From Candidatus Multivoradales bacterium (GTDB lineage: Bacteria; Acidobacteriota; Thermoanaerobaculia; Multivoradales; JAHEKO01), in NCBI GenBank assembly GCA_965223155.1, contig CBDCVR010000015.1, positions 1,245,892 to 1,309,891 on the forward strand: 64,000 nucleotides of DNA, read 5' to 3'. The position numbers and the translations under genes were made by a program. Position 1 is the first letter of the stretch. Every line of letters starts with the position of its first letter. The notes under the pieces are model-generated. The model made no database searches. It was not told where the DNA came from and was given only the letters and a program-made list of their open reading frames with translations. Of this stretch, positions 19,980-33,401 are shown one piece after another.

Positions 19980-20887
19980 CCGGCTGGCGGCGCCAGGCGT
20001 CGCGGAGGCTCGGGCTGGCGCCGCTCCTGGCGCTCGTGGCCTGCCTGGGCTGCTCTAGAGAACGCGAGCGGCCGCCCGCTTCGGATGCCCGATCGGAAGC
20101 CGCGCAAGCTACCCCCCAACGAGTCATCGCAATCGCACCGGCGGTGGTCGAGAGCGTCTTTGCCGCCGGCTTCGGCGATCGTCTGGTCGGCGTGGGCGAC
20201 TACGCCGCCTGGCCGGAGGAGGTCGCCGGGCTCCCCAGGATCGGTGGCCTCTACGATCCACGCTTCGAAACCATCGCCGCCCTGGAGCCGGATCTGGCGA
20301 TCCTTCTCCCGAGCGAGTCCGAGCTGGCGGCGTCGCTCGAACGGCTGGGCGTCGAGATCCAGATCGTGCCCCACGAGACGATCGCCGACGTCCGCCAAGC
20401 GCTGGTGGCGATCGCCAGCCGCCTCGGCGATCCGGAGGCCGGCCGCGCGGCGGCCCGCTCGCTCGAGGCTTCGCTGGCTCGGCGTGAGCCTCCGCTCGAG
20501 GCCGAGGTCCTGATGGCGGTGGCTCGGGATGCCGGCCGCGCCGAGGAGATCTACGCCGCCGGCCCCGAGACCTTCCTGGGCGAGCTTCTGAGCCGGCTGG
20601 GCGCGGCCAACGCCGTCCGGGATCTGCCTGGGCTCTATCCGCGCCTGGCTTTCGAGGAGGCGGTGGCTCGCCGGCCGGAAGTGGTGCTCGAGCTGGTGCC
20701 GGAGCCCGTGACCGAGGACCGCGCGAACGCCTGGCGCTCGGACTGGCGACGGCTGGCGGTCGGGGGCGCGGCTCCGTGTGTGCAGATCGTCGACGGCAGT
20801 CACGTGCTGCTGCCCGGGCCGCGGCTGGACCGGCTCTACCGGGACCTCGAGCAAGCGCTCGAAGCTTGCGCGGGCGCGGAGCAATGA
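19976..20887 (+). CDS. btuF: Cobalamin ABC transporter substrate-binding lipoprotein
   Basis: Lipobox LGC; helical-backbone receptor motifs RVIAIAPA, LVGV and ETIAALEPDL; GTGA overlap with btuB stop. Confidence 0.85.
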   Translation: MTGWRRQASRRLGLAPLLALVACLGCSRERERPPASDARSEAAQATPQRVIAIAPAVVESVFAAGFGDRLVGVGDYAAWPEEVAGLPRIGGLYDPRFETIAALEPDLAILLPSESELAASLERLGVEIQIVPHETIADVRQALVAIASRLGDPEAGRAAARSLEASLARREPPLEAEVLMAVARDAGRAEEIYAAGPETFLGELLSRLGAANAVRDLPGLYPRLAFEEAVARRPEVVLELVPEPVTEDRANAWRSDWRRLAVGGAAPCVQIVDGSHVLLPGPRLDRLYRDLEQALEACAGAEQ

Positions 20888-21663
20888 GCCCGCTTCTCGA
20901 AGCCCGGGTGGGCTACGAGGTCTCGGGCCGGGCCCTGGTCGAGGACGTGGCCCTGGAAGTCCCGGCGGGGGAGAGCCTCGCCATCGTGGGACCGAACGGA
21001 GCGGGCAAGACGACCCTGGTGCGGCTTCTGGCGGGACTCCTCGAGCCCACGAGCGGGGCCGTACGTCTCGAGGGCAGGTCTCTTGGCGAGTATCCGCGGC
21101 GGCAGCTGGCCCGCAGGCTCGCCTACGTGCCCCAGCTCGCCGACGGCAGTCCGGGCTTGACCGTGCGCGAGGCGGTGCTCCTGGGCCGCTATCCTCGCCG
21201 CACCGGTTGGGCCGGCGGCTACGGACGGCGCGACTACGAGATCGTGCGCCGGGTCCTGGAGCGGGTCGAGCTGGATCGGGCCGGCGAGCGCCAGGTCGAG
21301 AGGCTCTCCGGTGGCGAGCGCCAGGCGGTGGCGATTGCCGCCGCCCTGGCCCAGGAGCCCGAGGTCCTGCTTCTGGATGAGCCCACGACCTACCTCGACC
21401 CCGGCCATCAACGGCGAGTGGCGAGCCTCCTGGCCGCGCTTGCCGAGGCCGGGACGACGATCGTCTTCGCCAGTCACGATCTGAACCTGGCGCTGGCGCT
21501 TGCCGGGCGCGTGGCAGCGCTTCGGGCGGGGCGGCTCCAGGCGGCGGGGCCGACCACCGAGGTGTTGACGCCCGAGTTTCTGGCCGATCTCTACGGGGCC
21601 CGCTTTTACCCCTTGGCCGGCGGCCCGGTGGCGCGGGTCTACTTCGACCTGGTGGACGCGTGA
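20884..21663 (+). CDS. btuD: Cobalamin/Fe ABC transporter ATPase
   Basis: GPNGAGKT, LSGGERQ, LLLDEPT and SHD motifs. Confidence 0.88.
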   Translation: MSPLLEARVGYEVSGRALVEDVALEVPAGESLAIVGPNGAGKTTLVRLLAGLLEPTSGAVRLEGRSLGEYPRRQLARRLAYVPQLADGSPGLTVREAVLLGRYPRRTGWAGGYGRRDYEIVRRVLERVELDRAGERQVERLSGGERQAVAIAAALAQEPEVLLLDEPTTYLDPGHQRRVASLLAALAEAGTTIVFASHDLNLALALAGRVAALRAGRLQAAGPTTEVLTPEFLADLYGARFYPLAGGPVARVYFDLVDA

Positions 21664-22643
21664 GGCGCGGCCGGGTCTTTCTCGCCGCGGCGCTCGTGGC
21701 CTGGCTGGCGGTTCTGGCCGTGGGGCCGTTCGTGGGCTCGCACGACGTCGGTCTGGCCGAGCTCTCGTCCGGCGACGAGCTGGCCGCAACGATCATCTGG
21801 AAGCTTCGGGTGCCGCGGCTGCTCCTGGCGCTCTTGGCGGGTGGGGCATTGGCGGTCTGCGGGGCGGTCTTCCAAAGCCTGTTTCGCAATCCGCTGGCCG
21901 AGCCCTACACTCTGGGCGTAGCCGGCGGCGCGGCCCTGGGCGCGGTCTCGGCGCAGCTTCTCGCGACGAGTCTGGGCGAGGCGGTGCCGGGCTTGCCGAC
22001 GGCGTGGATCGTGCCCGCGGCAAGCTTCGCCGGCGCCTTGGCCGCGAGCGCCATCGTCATCACGGTCGCCCGCCGGCAGAGCACTTCGACGCTGCTCTTG
22101 GCCGGGGTGGCGGTAGCACTTTCCTCGTCGGCCTTGATCCTCTTTCTCCAGTACCTGGCCGACTATTCGAAGACGTTCCGAATGGTGCGCTGGATGATGG
22201 GCGGGCTCGCCGTTGTCGGCTACGCTCCCGTTCTGTGGCTGGCGGCGTGGGTGCTCGCCGGGGTGGCGGCTCTCTACGGCATGCGCCACGAGCTGGATCA
22301 AGTCCTCGTGGGCGAGGAGCTGGCGGTCAGCCGCGGCGTTCGGCTGGCTTCCTTGCGCATGCGGGTCGTTGCCGTCAGCTCGGTCGTCATCGGAGCGCTG
22401 GTGGCGGTGACCGGGCCGATCGGGTTCGTAGGCTTGATCGTGCCGCACTGGGTACGGCGGGGACTCGGCTGGCGCCATGGCCTCGTCCTGCCGGCGTCGT
22501 TTCTGACCGGCGGCGTGTTCTTGGGATTCTGCGATGTTCTGGCCCGGCGCCTGCTGGCGCCCGCGGATTTGCCGGTCGGGGTGCTGACGGCGATCGTGGG
22601 CGGTCCGTTTTTTCTCTGGCTGCTGCTGCGCCGTCGCCTCTAG
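21660..22643 (+). CDS. btuC: Cobalamin/Fe ABC transporter permease (FecCD family)
   Basis: LRVPR, FRNPLAEP and GPIGFVGLIVPH motifs. Confidence 0.88.
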   Translation: MRRGRVFLAAALVAWLAVLAVGPFVGSHDVGLAELSSGDELAATIIWKLRVPRLLLALLAGGALAVCGAVFQSLFRNPLAEPYTLGVAGGAALGAVSAQLLATSLGEAVPGLPTAWIVPAASFAGALAASAIVITVARRQSTSTLLLAGVAVALSSSALILFLQYLADYSKTFRMVRWMMGGLAVVGYAPVLWLAAWVLAGVAALYGMRHELDQVLVGEELAVSRGVRLASLRMRVVAVSSVVIGALVAVTGPIGFVGLIVPHWVRRGLGWRHGLVLPASFLTGGVFLGFCDVLARRLLAPADLPVGVLTAIVGGPFFLWLLLRRRL

Positions 22644-22751
22644 CTTGGCTTCTTCACCGCATCCCGCGGATGATGAAGGGCCGTATCCTGCGCGAAGACC
22701 AGGCCAGGCCAGGCCAGACGGGGCGATCGTCTTTCGGAGTCCGAGCTCGGC

Positions 22752-23591
22752 ATGTGCGACGATTGTCGCGTCATGACCGGCTGGTTGACCAGACTCGAGC
22801 TCGAGGACGGTGCGGCCTGGGTGCTCGCCGAGTCCGGGTCCGGAGAGCGCCGGATCTCGGTTCTGGAAGGCGAGCCACAGGGTCCGCCTTCAAGGTGGCT
22901 CCGGCGTGGGCCGCCGCCGGCGCTTGCCGTCACCTGGGATGCCACGCCCAGCTTTGCCGGCCGTCACCTGCCGCCGGTTCGTCCCTCGAAGATCGTGGGT
23001 ATCGGCAGGAGCTATCGCGAGCATGCGGTCGAGCTGGGCAACGAGCCGCCGGCCGAACCGCTCGTCTTCCTCAAGGCGCCTTCGAGTCTTCTGCCTTCAG
23101 GCGGCGTCCTGCGCCTGCCCGAAGCGAGCGCACAAGTCGAGTACGAGGGAGAGCTGGCCCTGGTCGTGGGCTCGGTCATGACCGCGGTCGCGCCAGCCGA
23201 GGTGCCGGACCGCCTCTTGGGGGTGACCCTGGCCTGTGACTGCACGGCCCGGGATCTTCAGCGCCGGGACCGGACCTTCGCCCGCGCCAAGTCGTTCGAC
23301 ACCTTCTGTCCGCTGGGCCCGGCGATCCGGCTGGATCCGGACTGGGATTCGCTGACGCTCACCACCCGGGTCAACGGCGACGAGCGCCAGAGCGGCCACG
23401 TCTCCGAGCTGACCTGGACGCTCTTCGAGCTCGCCAGCTACGTCTCCCACGTGATGACCCTCGAGCCCGGCGACGTCCTCCTGACCGGGACCCCGCCCGG
23501 CGTGGGCGCCCTCGAGCCCGGCGCCGAGGTCGAGATCGCAAGCGGCCAGATCGGCTCCTTGCGCTTCACCGCCGGCGAGCGCGAGAGCTGA
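22752..23591 (+). CDS. Fumarylacetoacetate hydrolase family protein
   Basis: KIVGIGRSYREH, EYEGELA, KSFDTFCPLGP and PGDVLLTGTPPGVG; start uncertain. Confidence 0.9.
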   Translation: MCDDCRVMTGWLTRLELEDGAAWVLAESGSGERRISVLEGEPQGPPSRWLRRGPPPALAVTWDATPSFAGRHLPPVRPSKIVGIGRSYREHAVELGNEPPAEPLVFLKAPSSLLPSGGVLRLPEASAQVEYEGELALVVGSVMTAVAPAEVPDRLLGVTLACDCTARDLQRRDRTFARAKSFDTFCPLGPAIRLDPDWDSLTLTTRVNGDERQSGHVSELTWTLFELASYVSHVMTLEPGDVLLTGTPPGVGALEPGAEVEIASGQIGSLRFTAGERES

Positions 23592-23643
23592 AACCCGGTG
23601 CCCGAGCGGACGGGCCTCGGACCGGATACGATCGGCGCGACGT

Positions 23644-23853
23644 ATGAAAGCGCGGATGGTCTATTGCCTGTTGGTCGGCGTGGGGGTGGCGGTGGCGCTC
23701 GCCTGGCTTCGGGGCCATGTCTGGCAGCACGCCATGCTAGTCGGACTCGCGGTCGCCGCTCTCGTCTACAGCATCCTCCGGGCCACCGACAATCTCCGCA
23801 TGGCGGCCCGGCAGCCGGCGCCATGGGACGAGGAGGAGGCCGGCGACGAGTAA
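23644..23853 (+). CDS. Small two-TM membrane protein
   Basis: 69 aa, two hydrophobic segments, acidic tail. Confidence 0.55.
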   Translation: MKARMVYCLLVGVGVAVALAWLRGHVWQHAMLVGLAVAALVYSILRATDNLRMAARQPAPWDEEEAGDE

Positions 23854-23955
23854 GGCGTGCACGAGGCCGCCGAAGTCCCAGCCGGTAAAGAGCAGGACCA
23901 GCCAAATGGCGATCGCGAGAGTGGCGCCGAAGATGCGTCGATCCAAGGCCGACAT
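23737..23955 (-). CDS. Small membrane protein resembling the lmo0937/DUF5670 family
   Basis: 'AIWLVLLFTGWDFGGLVHALLVAG' resembles the recalled family pattern W(L/I)L...GG(F/L)IH(I/L)LLV; overlaps the convergent ORF. Confidence 0.45.
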   Translation of the reverse strand: MSALDRRIFGATLAIAIWLVLLFTGWDFGGLVHALLVAGLLLVPWRRLPGRHAEIVGGPEDAVDESGDRESD

Positions 23956-24079
23956 CGTCACCAGGCTACCAGCGTGGCGGATCGCCGGCCAAGTCGCCTG
24001 CGGCATCGTGGGTGTCTGGGGCCGGGAGGCGGGGACGAAGCGCGCCAGGAACGCGCCTAGACGCTCGGCCGGCGGCAAC

Positions 24080-24562
24080 GTGCCGAGGGTCCCAAAGTTC
24101 CGGTGGCGCCGGTGGGGCTGGACTCTGGTCCTCGCGCTCACGGCTCTGGCGTGCTCGCCGCCGGTAGCCGAGGACGGAGCCCGGACGCTCGAGCCGCTCG
24201 AGACCGAGGAGGTGGGCGCCGCGATCGACGCCGAGCTCTCGATCGCGGACGACGCCGAGGGCCGCCGCGTGGCGGACCGGTCGGCCGGGGTCTTGCCCAG
24301 CGGCCTGCCCCCGGGCTTGCCGCTGCCGGACGCCTACTCGGTGATTGGATTCTCCGAGCCCGGAGAGCGCCCCCGCTACGTCGAGCTGGTCGTTCCAAGG
24401 ACGGTCGAGAGGCTCCGCCGGGATTGGCTGGCGGCTCTCAGGGGCGCGGGATGGGCTGTTTCCGGGAGCGGCGCCGACGTTACCGCCAAGAAGGCAGGGC
24501 ACCGCTTGGCGATCCGGATGCACCCGGCCGAGTCCGCGAGCCGCCTTCGCATCGAGTACTGA
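24080..24562 (+). CDS. Hypothetical lipoprotein
   Basis: Basic N-terminus, hydrophobic stretch and lipobox ALAC; GTG start inferred. Confidence 0.65.
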   Translation: MPRVPKFRWRRWGWTLVLALTALACSPPVAEDGARTLEPLETEEVGAAIDAELSIADDAEGRRVADRSAGVLPSGLPPGLPLPDAYSVIGFSEPGERPRYVELVVPRTVERLRRDWLAALRGAGWAVSGSGADVTAKKAGHRLAIRMHPAESASRLRIEY

Positions 24563-24581
24563 CGGAGTTGGGGAGGTCGAG

Positions 24582-24839
24582 ATGTTGCCACGACGTAGGA
24601 ACGCTCCGGTCGGGCTCTCAGGCCTGGGGATGGAGCTCGCGGCGGCGGTCGTGGGCTTCTCCCTCCTGGGGTACTGGATCGACCGGCGCTTCGAGACCGA
24701 GCCCTGGGGAATTCTCATCTGCGCCTTCATCGGAATCGTGGGGGGGCTCTACAACTTTGTGCTTGCCGCCCGCCAGGCCATGGAGCGGACGGCCGAGGGC
24801 GGGGGCATGGACTCGCCTGGGGACTCAGACGCAGCGTGA
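24582..24839 (+). CDS. AtpZ/AtpI family ATP synthase accessory protein
   Basis: GMELAAAVVGFSLLGYWIDRRFETEPW motif; first gene of atp operon; GGAGG RBS. Confidence 0.85.
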   Translation: MLPRRRNAPVGLSGLGMELAAAVVGFSLLGYWIDRRFETEPWGILICAFIGIVGGLYNFVLAARQAMERTAEGGGMDSPGDSDAA

Positions 24840-24863
24840 GCAAGCGGCAAGGTGCGAGACCTC

Positions 24864-25256
24864 ATGAGTGAGGCTCCGGCTCGATTCCGGTTCGGCCGGT
24901 TTCTCGGCGTGGCGGCGTTGACCACCGCTCTTCTGACCGCAGCCGGCTTCGTCTGGGCGCGCTCCGCGGGGACCGGGGCCCGCGCCGCCATGCTCCTGGG
25001 CTGCTGGATTCCCTTCGTGGCCTCGATCCTGGCGGCGGTGCCGCTCTTGTGGCCCGCCGCCAAGCCCGCCGGGGCGGCCTCGCAGTTTCTGGCCTCGATG
25101 GGTGTGCGCCTGATGGCGGTGGGGCTCTTGGCGTTTGCCGCCGGCCGTGTTTTCGAGCCGCCCACGGGCCCGTTCGTGGGCTGGCTCCTGGTCGCCTACC
25201 TGGCCTTGCTGGCGGTGGATACGGCCTTTGTCGTCAAGCTCTTTCGGAGCTTGTGA
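24864..25256 (+). CDS. ATP synthase protein I-like four-TM protein
   Basis: Four hydrophobic helices, position between atpZ and atpB. Confidence 0.7.
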   Translation: MSEAPARFRFGRFLGVAALTTALLTAAGFVWARSAGTGARAAMLLGCWIPFVASILAAVPLLWPAAKPAGAASQFLASMGVRLMAVGLLAFAAGRVFEPPTGPFVGWLLVAYLALLAVDTAFVVKLFRSL

Positions 25257-25279
25257 AAACCGTCACAAGCCGCTATACT
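25249..25279 (+). promoter_or_regulatory. Internal atpB promoter overlapped by a Rex/CRP-type palindrome
   Basis: TTGTGA-17 nt-TATACT; palindrome GCTTGTGA-aaaccg-TCACAAGC covers the -35. Confidence 0.65.
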
Positions 25280-25369
25280 CCACGCCTCAGGACGACAGTC
25301 CAGACTTCCCGACAGATCCGTACTCGCAACGGTCCTCCCAGACAGTACGCCCAACGACTCTCGATCGTT

Positions 25370-26230
25370 ATGAGCAGCAGCCCGCTCGATCACATCGTTC
25401 AGCACCCGATCGTCCAGCGCGAATTTGACGCCGGCATGTTGACCCCGGAAGGGGTCATCACGGTGATGAGCGATCACATCTTCATGACCATCCTGTCAGG
25501 TGCGGTGTTGTGCCTGGTCTTTCCCTGGGCGATCCGGCGCTCGCGCCGGCAGGGTGAAGGCGAGGAGAAGCTGGTCGCGGGAGGCTTGGCCAACTTGCTC
25601 GAAGTGGTTTGCCAGTACTTGCGCAAGGAAGTGGCCGAGCCCGCCTTGGGCGAGCACACCGACCGCTTCATCAAGTACATCTGGTCGTTGTTCTTTTTCG
25701 TTCTGACCATCAACATGCTCGGCCTGGTGCCGCTGGGCTCGGTAACGCCGTTGTTCGGGCTTCACCTGGGCGGCACGGCCACAGCCAACATCTGGGTGAC
25801 GGCGACCCTGTCGCTCATCACCATGGGCATGATGGTGATCAACGGCCTGCGCCTCGGCGGCATCGAGTACCTCAAGCACTTCAACCCCGGCCCGTGGTGG
25901 ATGGGTTGGCTTCTGGTGCCGATCGAGATCGCCGGCGTGTTCGCCAAGATCTTCGCGCTGACCGTGCGGCTTTTCGCCAACATGGTCGCCGGACACATGG
26001 TGCTGGCGGTTCTGGTCGGCTTTATCGCGGCAGCCGGAGCCGTGTCGAGCACGATGGGCTTCGCCATCGCCGTGCCCGTCGTGCTGGGAAGCGTTGCCCT
26101 GACCATGCTCGAGATTTTCGTGGCACTACTCCAGGCGTTTATCTTTACCTTCTTGACGACGCTTTTCATCGGCATGTCCGTGGTCTTTCATCACGACGAC
26201 GAGCACGCCGTGGAAGGAGCCGCTCACTAA
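25370..26230 (+). CDS. atpB: F0 subunit a
   Basis: ALTVRLFANMVAGH and LEIFVALLQAFIFTFL motifs. Confidence 0.95.
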   Translation: MSSSPLDHIVQHPIVQREFDAGMLTPEGVITVMSDHIFMTILSGAVLCLVFPWAIRRSRRQGEGEEKLVAGGLANLLEVVCQYLRKEVAEPALGEHTDRFIKYIWSLFFFVLTINMLGLVPLGSVTPLFGLHLGGTATANIWVTATLSLITMGMMVINGLRLGGIEYLKHFNPGPWWMGWLLVPIEIAGVFAKIFALTVRLFANMVAGHMVLAVLVGFIAAAGAVSSTMGFAIAVPVVLGSVALTMLEIFVALLQAFIFTFLTTLFIGMSVVFHHDDEHAVEGAAH

Positions 26231-26356
26231 CCGACGGATTTTTCTATCGCCATGCCCCGAGCAGCGGGTCAAAGGGGCCGCGAGGCGTGACTGCGATGGC
26301 GATTCGGAACGGCTGCCCGGCCCGCGGGCGGCAAGAGACCTGAAAGGACAGGACAC

Positions 26357-26701
26357 ATGACCAAGAACTTTTCGAAACTGACTCTCGGTCTGATTCTCGC
26401 CGGGCTGGCCATGCTGCTGGTGCCGGGTGCTCCGGCCCTCGCGGCCGAGGGCGCGGGTGTTAGCGACGGGGGCAGCCTGCTCACCACGCTCGGCGCCACC
26501 AAGCTGGGCAACGCCATCGGCGCCGGCCTGGTGATCATGGGCGCGGCGGCCGGCATCGGCCGGATCGGCGGCAGCGCGGTCGAGTCGATGGCTCGGCAGC
26601 CCGAGGTCGCCGGCCAGATCTTCACCCCGATGATCATCACCGCGGCGCTGATCGAAGGCGCGACCTTCTTCGCGCTCATCGTTATCTGGTTCGCCAAGTA
26701 G
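26357..26701 (+). CDS. atpE: F0 subunit c with N-terminal signal-peptide-like extension
   Basis: Gly-rich inner helix, ARQPE loop, ion-binding Glu in ALIEG. Confidence 0.95.
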   Translation: MTKNFSKLTLGLILAGLAMLLVPGAPALAAEGAGVSDGGSLLTTLGATKLGNAIGAGLVIMGAAAGIGRIGGSAVESMARQPEVAGQIFTPMIITAALIEGATFFALIVIWFAK

Positions 26702-26713
26702 CGACCCGAACCG

Positions 26714-27298
26714 ATGCGCACGATGCAACTTGCGGTCGCGTCGCTCGGCGCGGCTTGGCTCGCCGCCTCTCCCGCCCTCGCGGCGGAGGGCGGCGACGCC
26801 AACATCTTTGCCGGCGATCTCGGCAACGCGATCTGGACCGTCGTCATCTTTGTGGTGGTCCTGCTCGTCCTGGGCAAGTACGCCTGGGGGCCGATGCTCG
26901 ACACGCTCCAGAAGCGGGAAGAGTTCATCCGCGACTCCCTGGCGACCGCCAAGAAGGAGCGGGACGAAGCCGAGACGCGCATCGCCGAGTACACCAAGAA
27001 GCTCGACGATGCGCGGGCCGAGGCCTCGGAGATCGTCGAGGAAGGCCGGCGCGACGCGGAGGAAGTCCGGCGCCGCATCGAGGAAGAGGCTCGGCACGAG
27101 TCGGACAAGATCCTCGACCGCGCCAAGCGTGAGATCGACCTGGCCAAGCAGACCGCGGTCAAGGAGCTCTACGCGACCAGCGCCACGCTGGCCACGGACA
27201 TGGCTTCGAAGATCCTCCAGCGTGAAGTGTCGGCGGCGGATCAGGAGCGCCTGATCGAGCAGTCGCTGGCCGAGCTGGACGGCCTCGAGTCGAACTGA
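26714..27298 (+). CDS. atpF: F0 subunit b
   Basis: TM helix then KYAWGPMLDTLQKREEFI and long coiled coil. Confidence 0.93.
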   Translation: MRTMQLAVASLGAAWLAASPALAAEGGDANIFAGDLGNAIWTVVIFVVVLLVLGKYAWGPMLDTLQKREEFIRDSLATAKKERDEAETRIAEYTKKLDDARAEASEIVEEGRRDAEEVRRRIEEEARHESDKILDRAKREIDLAKQTAVKELYATSATLATDMASKILQREVSAADQERLIEQSLAELDGLESN

Positions 27299-27318
27299 GG
27301 CCGGCCGAGGAACGGATT

Positions 27319-27918
27319 TTGAGCAGCCGCACCCGATTCGACGAGCGAGAGCTGGCCGTGGCGCGTCTCTACGCGGGATCGGCCCTGGGTCTCGCCAGCG
27401 ATCCGGAGGCCTTGCTCGAAGAGCTGGCCGGGATTGGTGAGCTTTTGGACCGGAATCCCGACGTCGAAGCGGCTCTGGCTTCGCCCCTGGTCGATGCCGC
27501 GGCCCGCCGCTCGCTTGTCGAAACGGCCTTTCGGGGGCGCCTGGACGACGTCCTGGTCAACACCTTTCAGGTCATGAACCGGAAGGGTCGATTGGGCCTC
27601 CTGCGCGCCTTCATCGAGGGGTTCCGGCTGGAGCTCGAGGCGGCCCAGGGGCTGACCGAGGTCGAGGTGGTCACCGCCACCGGACTCTCGGACGCCCAGC
27701 GCCGGCGTACCGAAGAGGTCGCGGCGAGTTGGGTGGGCGGCAAGGTCCGCCTCCTCGAAGAAGTCGATGAAACCGTCCTCGGCGGCATGATGCTCAAGGC
27801 CGGGGATCGCAAGCTCGACCGCACCGTGGCGCGGGAGCTCGAGACCGTCGGAGAGAGACTCTTCGAACGGGCCTCGCAGAAAGTACAGGAGCTCGCCGCG
27901 CGGGCAGCAGACGCCTGA
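27319..27918 (+). CDS. atpH: F1 subunit delta
   Basis: VARLYAGSA and VDETVLGGMML motifs; operon position. Confidence 0.9.
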   Translation: MSSRTRFDERELAVARLYAGSALGLASDPEALLEELAGIGELLDRNPDVEAALASPLVDAAARRSLVETAFRGRLDDVLVNTFQVMNRKGRLGLLRAFIEGFRLELEAAQGLTEVEVVTATGLSDAQRRRTEEVAASWVGGKVRLLEEVDETVLGGMMLKAGDRKLDRTVARELETVGERLFERASQKVQELAARAADA

Positions 27919-27944
27919 ACCCAGGCGATTGGAGAACGTAGGCA

Positions 27945-29675
<1,731 letters not shown>

Positions 29676-29737
29676 TCCCGAGTCGGACCTTCCCAGGTTC
29701 CTCGAACCCACCCGAGTTGTATTTCCAGAGCTGACCC

Positions 29738-32162
<2,425 letters not shown>

Positions 32163-32171
32163 CGGCTGGCG

Positions 32172-32591
32172 ATGGCGACCGGCTCCAAGACGCTTCCCAA
32201 GACGTTCCACTGCTCGGTGGTAACGCCCGAGCGGGTGGTGCTCGACTGCGACGCTCGCTTCGTGGCGCTGCCTGCACACGATGGCGAAATCGGTCTGCTG
32301 CGCGGGCGCGCGCCTATCGTCTGCAAGCTCGCCATCGGCCGCTTGCGGGTCGAAACCGCCGAGGGCGAGCAGGCGTTCTACATTGACGGTGGCTTTGCCG
32401 AGATGGCCGAGAACGACCTCACTGTCCTGACCGAGGACGCCAAGAGCGCCGAGGAACTGGACCGTGCCGCCGCGGAAGAGGCCCTGGCGGTGGCGAAGGC
32501 GCTCGACACGGGCGACGAGCACGCCCAGCGCGAGAAGGAAAAGGCGATCGCCCGAGCCCGCGTCCAGCTCCGCATGCTGGCCCGCGCCTAG
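32172..32591 (+). CDS. atpC: F1 subunit epsilon
   Basis: VVTPER, GEIGLL, GGFAE and C-terminal helical hairpin. Confidence 0.93.
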   Translation: MATGSKTLPKTFHCSVVTPERVVLDCDARFVALPAHDGEIGLLRGRAPIVCKLAIGRLRVETAEGEQAFYIDGGFAEMAENDLTVLTEDAKSAEELDRAAAEEALAVAKALDTGDEHAQREKEKAIARARVQLRMLARA

Positions 32592-32734
32592 CCTGGATTT
32601 CCCGCCCCGACATTCGGCCCCCTGGCGCATGCCGGCGTGAGAAGCCCAGGCTGGCCGATCAAGTGCCGGGAGGCGCTTCGGCGGCGCCGGGCTCCGCCTC
32701 GAGCTCGAAGCGCGGGCGTCGGGTAGCCTTGGTC

Positions 32735-33355
32735 ATGGCTTCGGAATACGATCCGCTCCGGCTGCGCCCGCCGCTTTCGGGTGACCCGAGCGATCTGGCG
32801 CGGGTCGAAGAGCTCTTTCAGGGAGCGAGCTCGCGCTATCTGCATTCGCCCTGGCCCTGGTTCTCCTGGGCAGTGATCCTGCCCATGGCCGCGTGGCTGA
32901 CCGCTCGGGTGGCGACCGGCGCGGGTCCGCTGGCCGTGCTCTTTCTCTGGTCGGCGGCGATTCTTCTCGGCGGCGCGGTCGAGGGCGTGGTACTGGCCCG
33001 CGCTCGCCGGCGGGCGGAAGCGGCGGGCGTCGGCAAGCCCAGCGAGCTCGCGCGCTGGGTCTTTCGCAGTCAAGGTAATGTCTCGGTTCTGGCGGTTGTT
33101 CTGACCGCGGCCTTGGCGCTTCGCGGCGTCTATCAGTTCCTGCCCGGCGTCTGGCTCCTCTTGATCGGTCACTCGCTCTTCTCGATCGGTGGACTGGCAT
33201 CGCCGGCGCTGCGCCGGGCGGGACTCCTATACCAGGTCGGCGGAGCGCTATCGCTTCTGCCCTTCTGGAACGGCCTCATCGTCTTCGCCGTCACCACGGC
33301 CCTGGCCAACGCCAGCGTGGGCTGGGCGCTGGTGCGAAGCGGGCGGGCGGAGTAG
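32735..33355 (+). CDS. Hypothetical multi-pass membrane protein
   Basis: About six hydrophobic segments; start inferred. Confidence 0.7.
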   Translation: MASEYDPLRLRPPLSGDPSDLARVEELFQGASSRYLHSPWPWFSWAVILPMAAWLTARVATGAGPLAVLFLWSAAILLGGAVEGVVLARARRRAEAAGVGKPSELARWVFRSQGNVSVLAVVLTAALALRGVYQFLPGVWLLLIGHSLFSIGGLASPALRRAGLLYQVGGALSLLPFWNGLIVFAVTTALANASVGWALVRSGRAE

Positions 33356-33386
33356 CGGAGCAGTGGAGCGGTGGAGCAGCGGAGCA
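33347..33386. repeat. Five imperfect 8-bp tandem repeats (gcggagca)
   Basis: gcggagta gcggagca gtggagcg gtggagca gcggagca between convergent genes. Confidence 0.7.
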
Positions 33387-33401
33387 GGGCCGCGGCGGGC
33401 T

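Noticed and set aside
26231-26356. Named ncRNA between atpB and atpE
   Set aside because: An 8-bp stem (atcgccat/atggcgat) exists, but no recognisable family motif; likely a generic mRNA structure.
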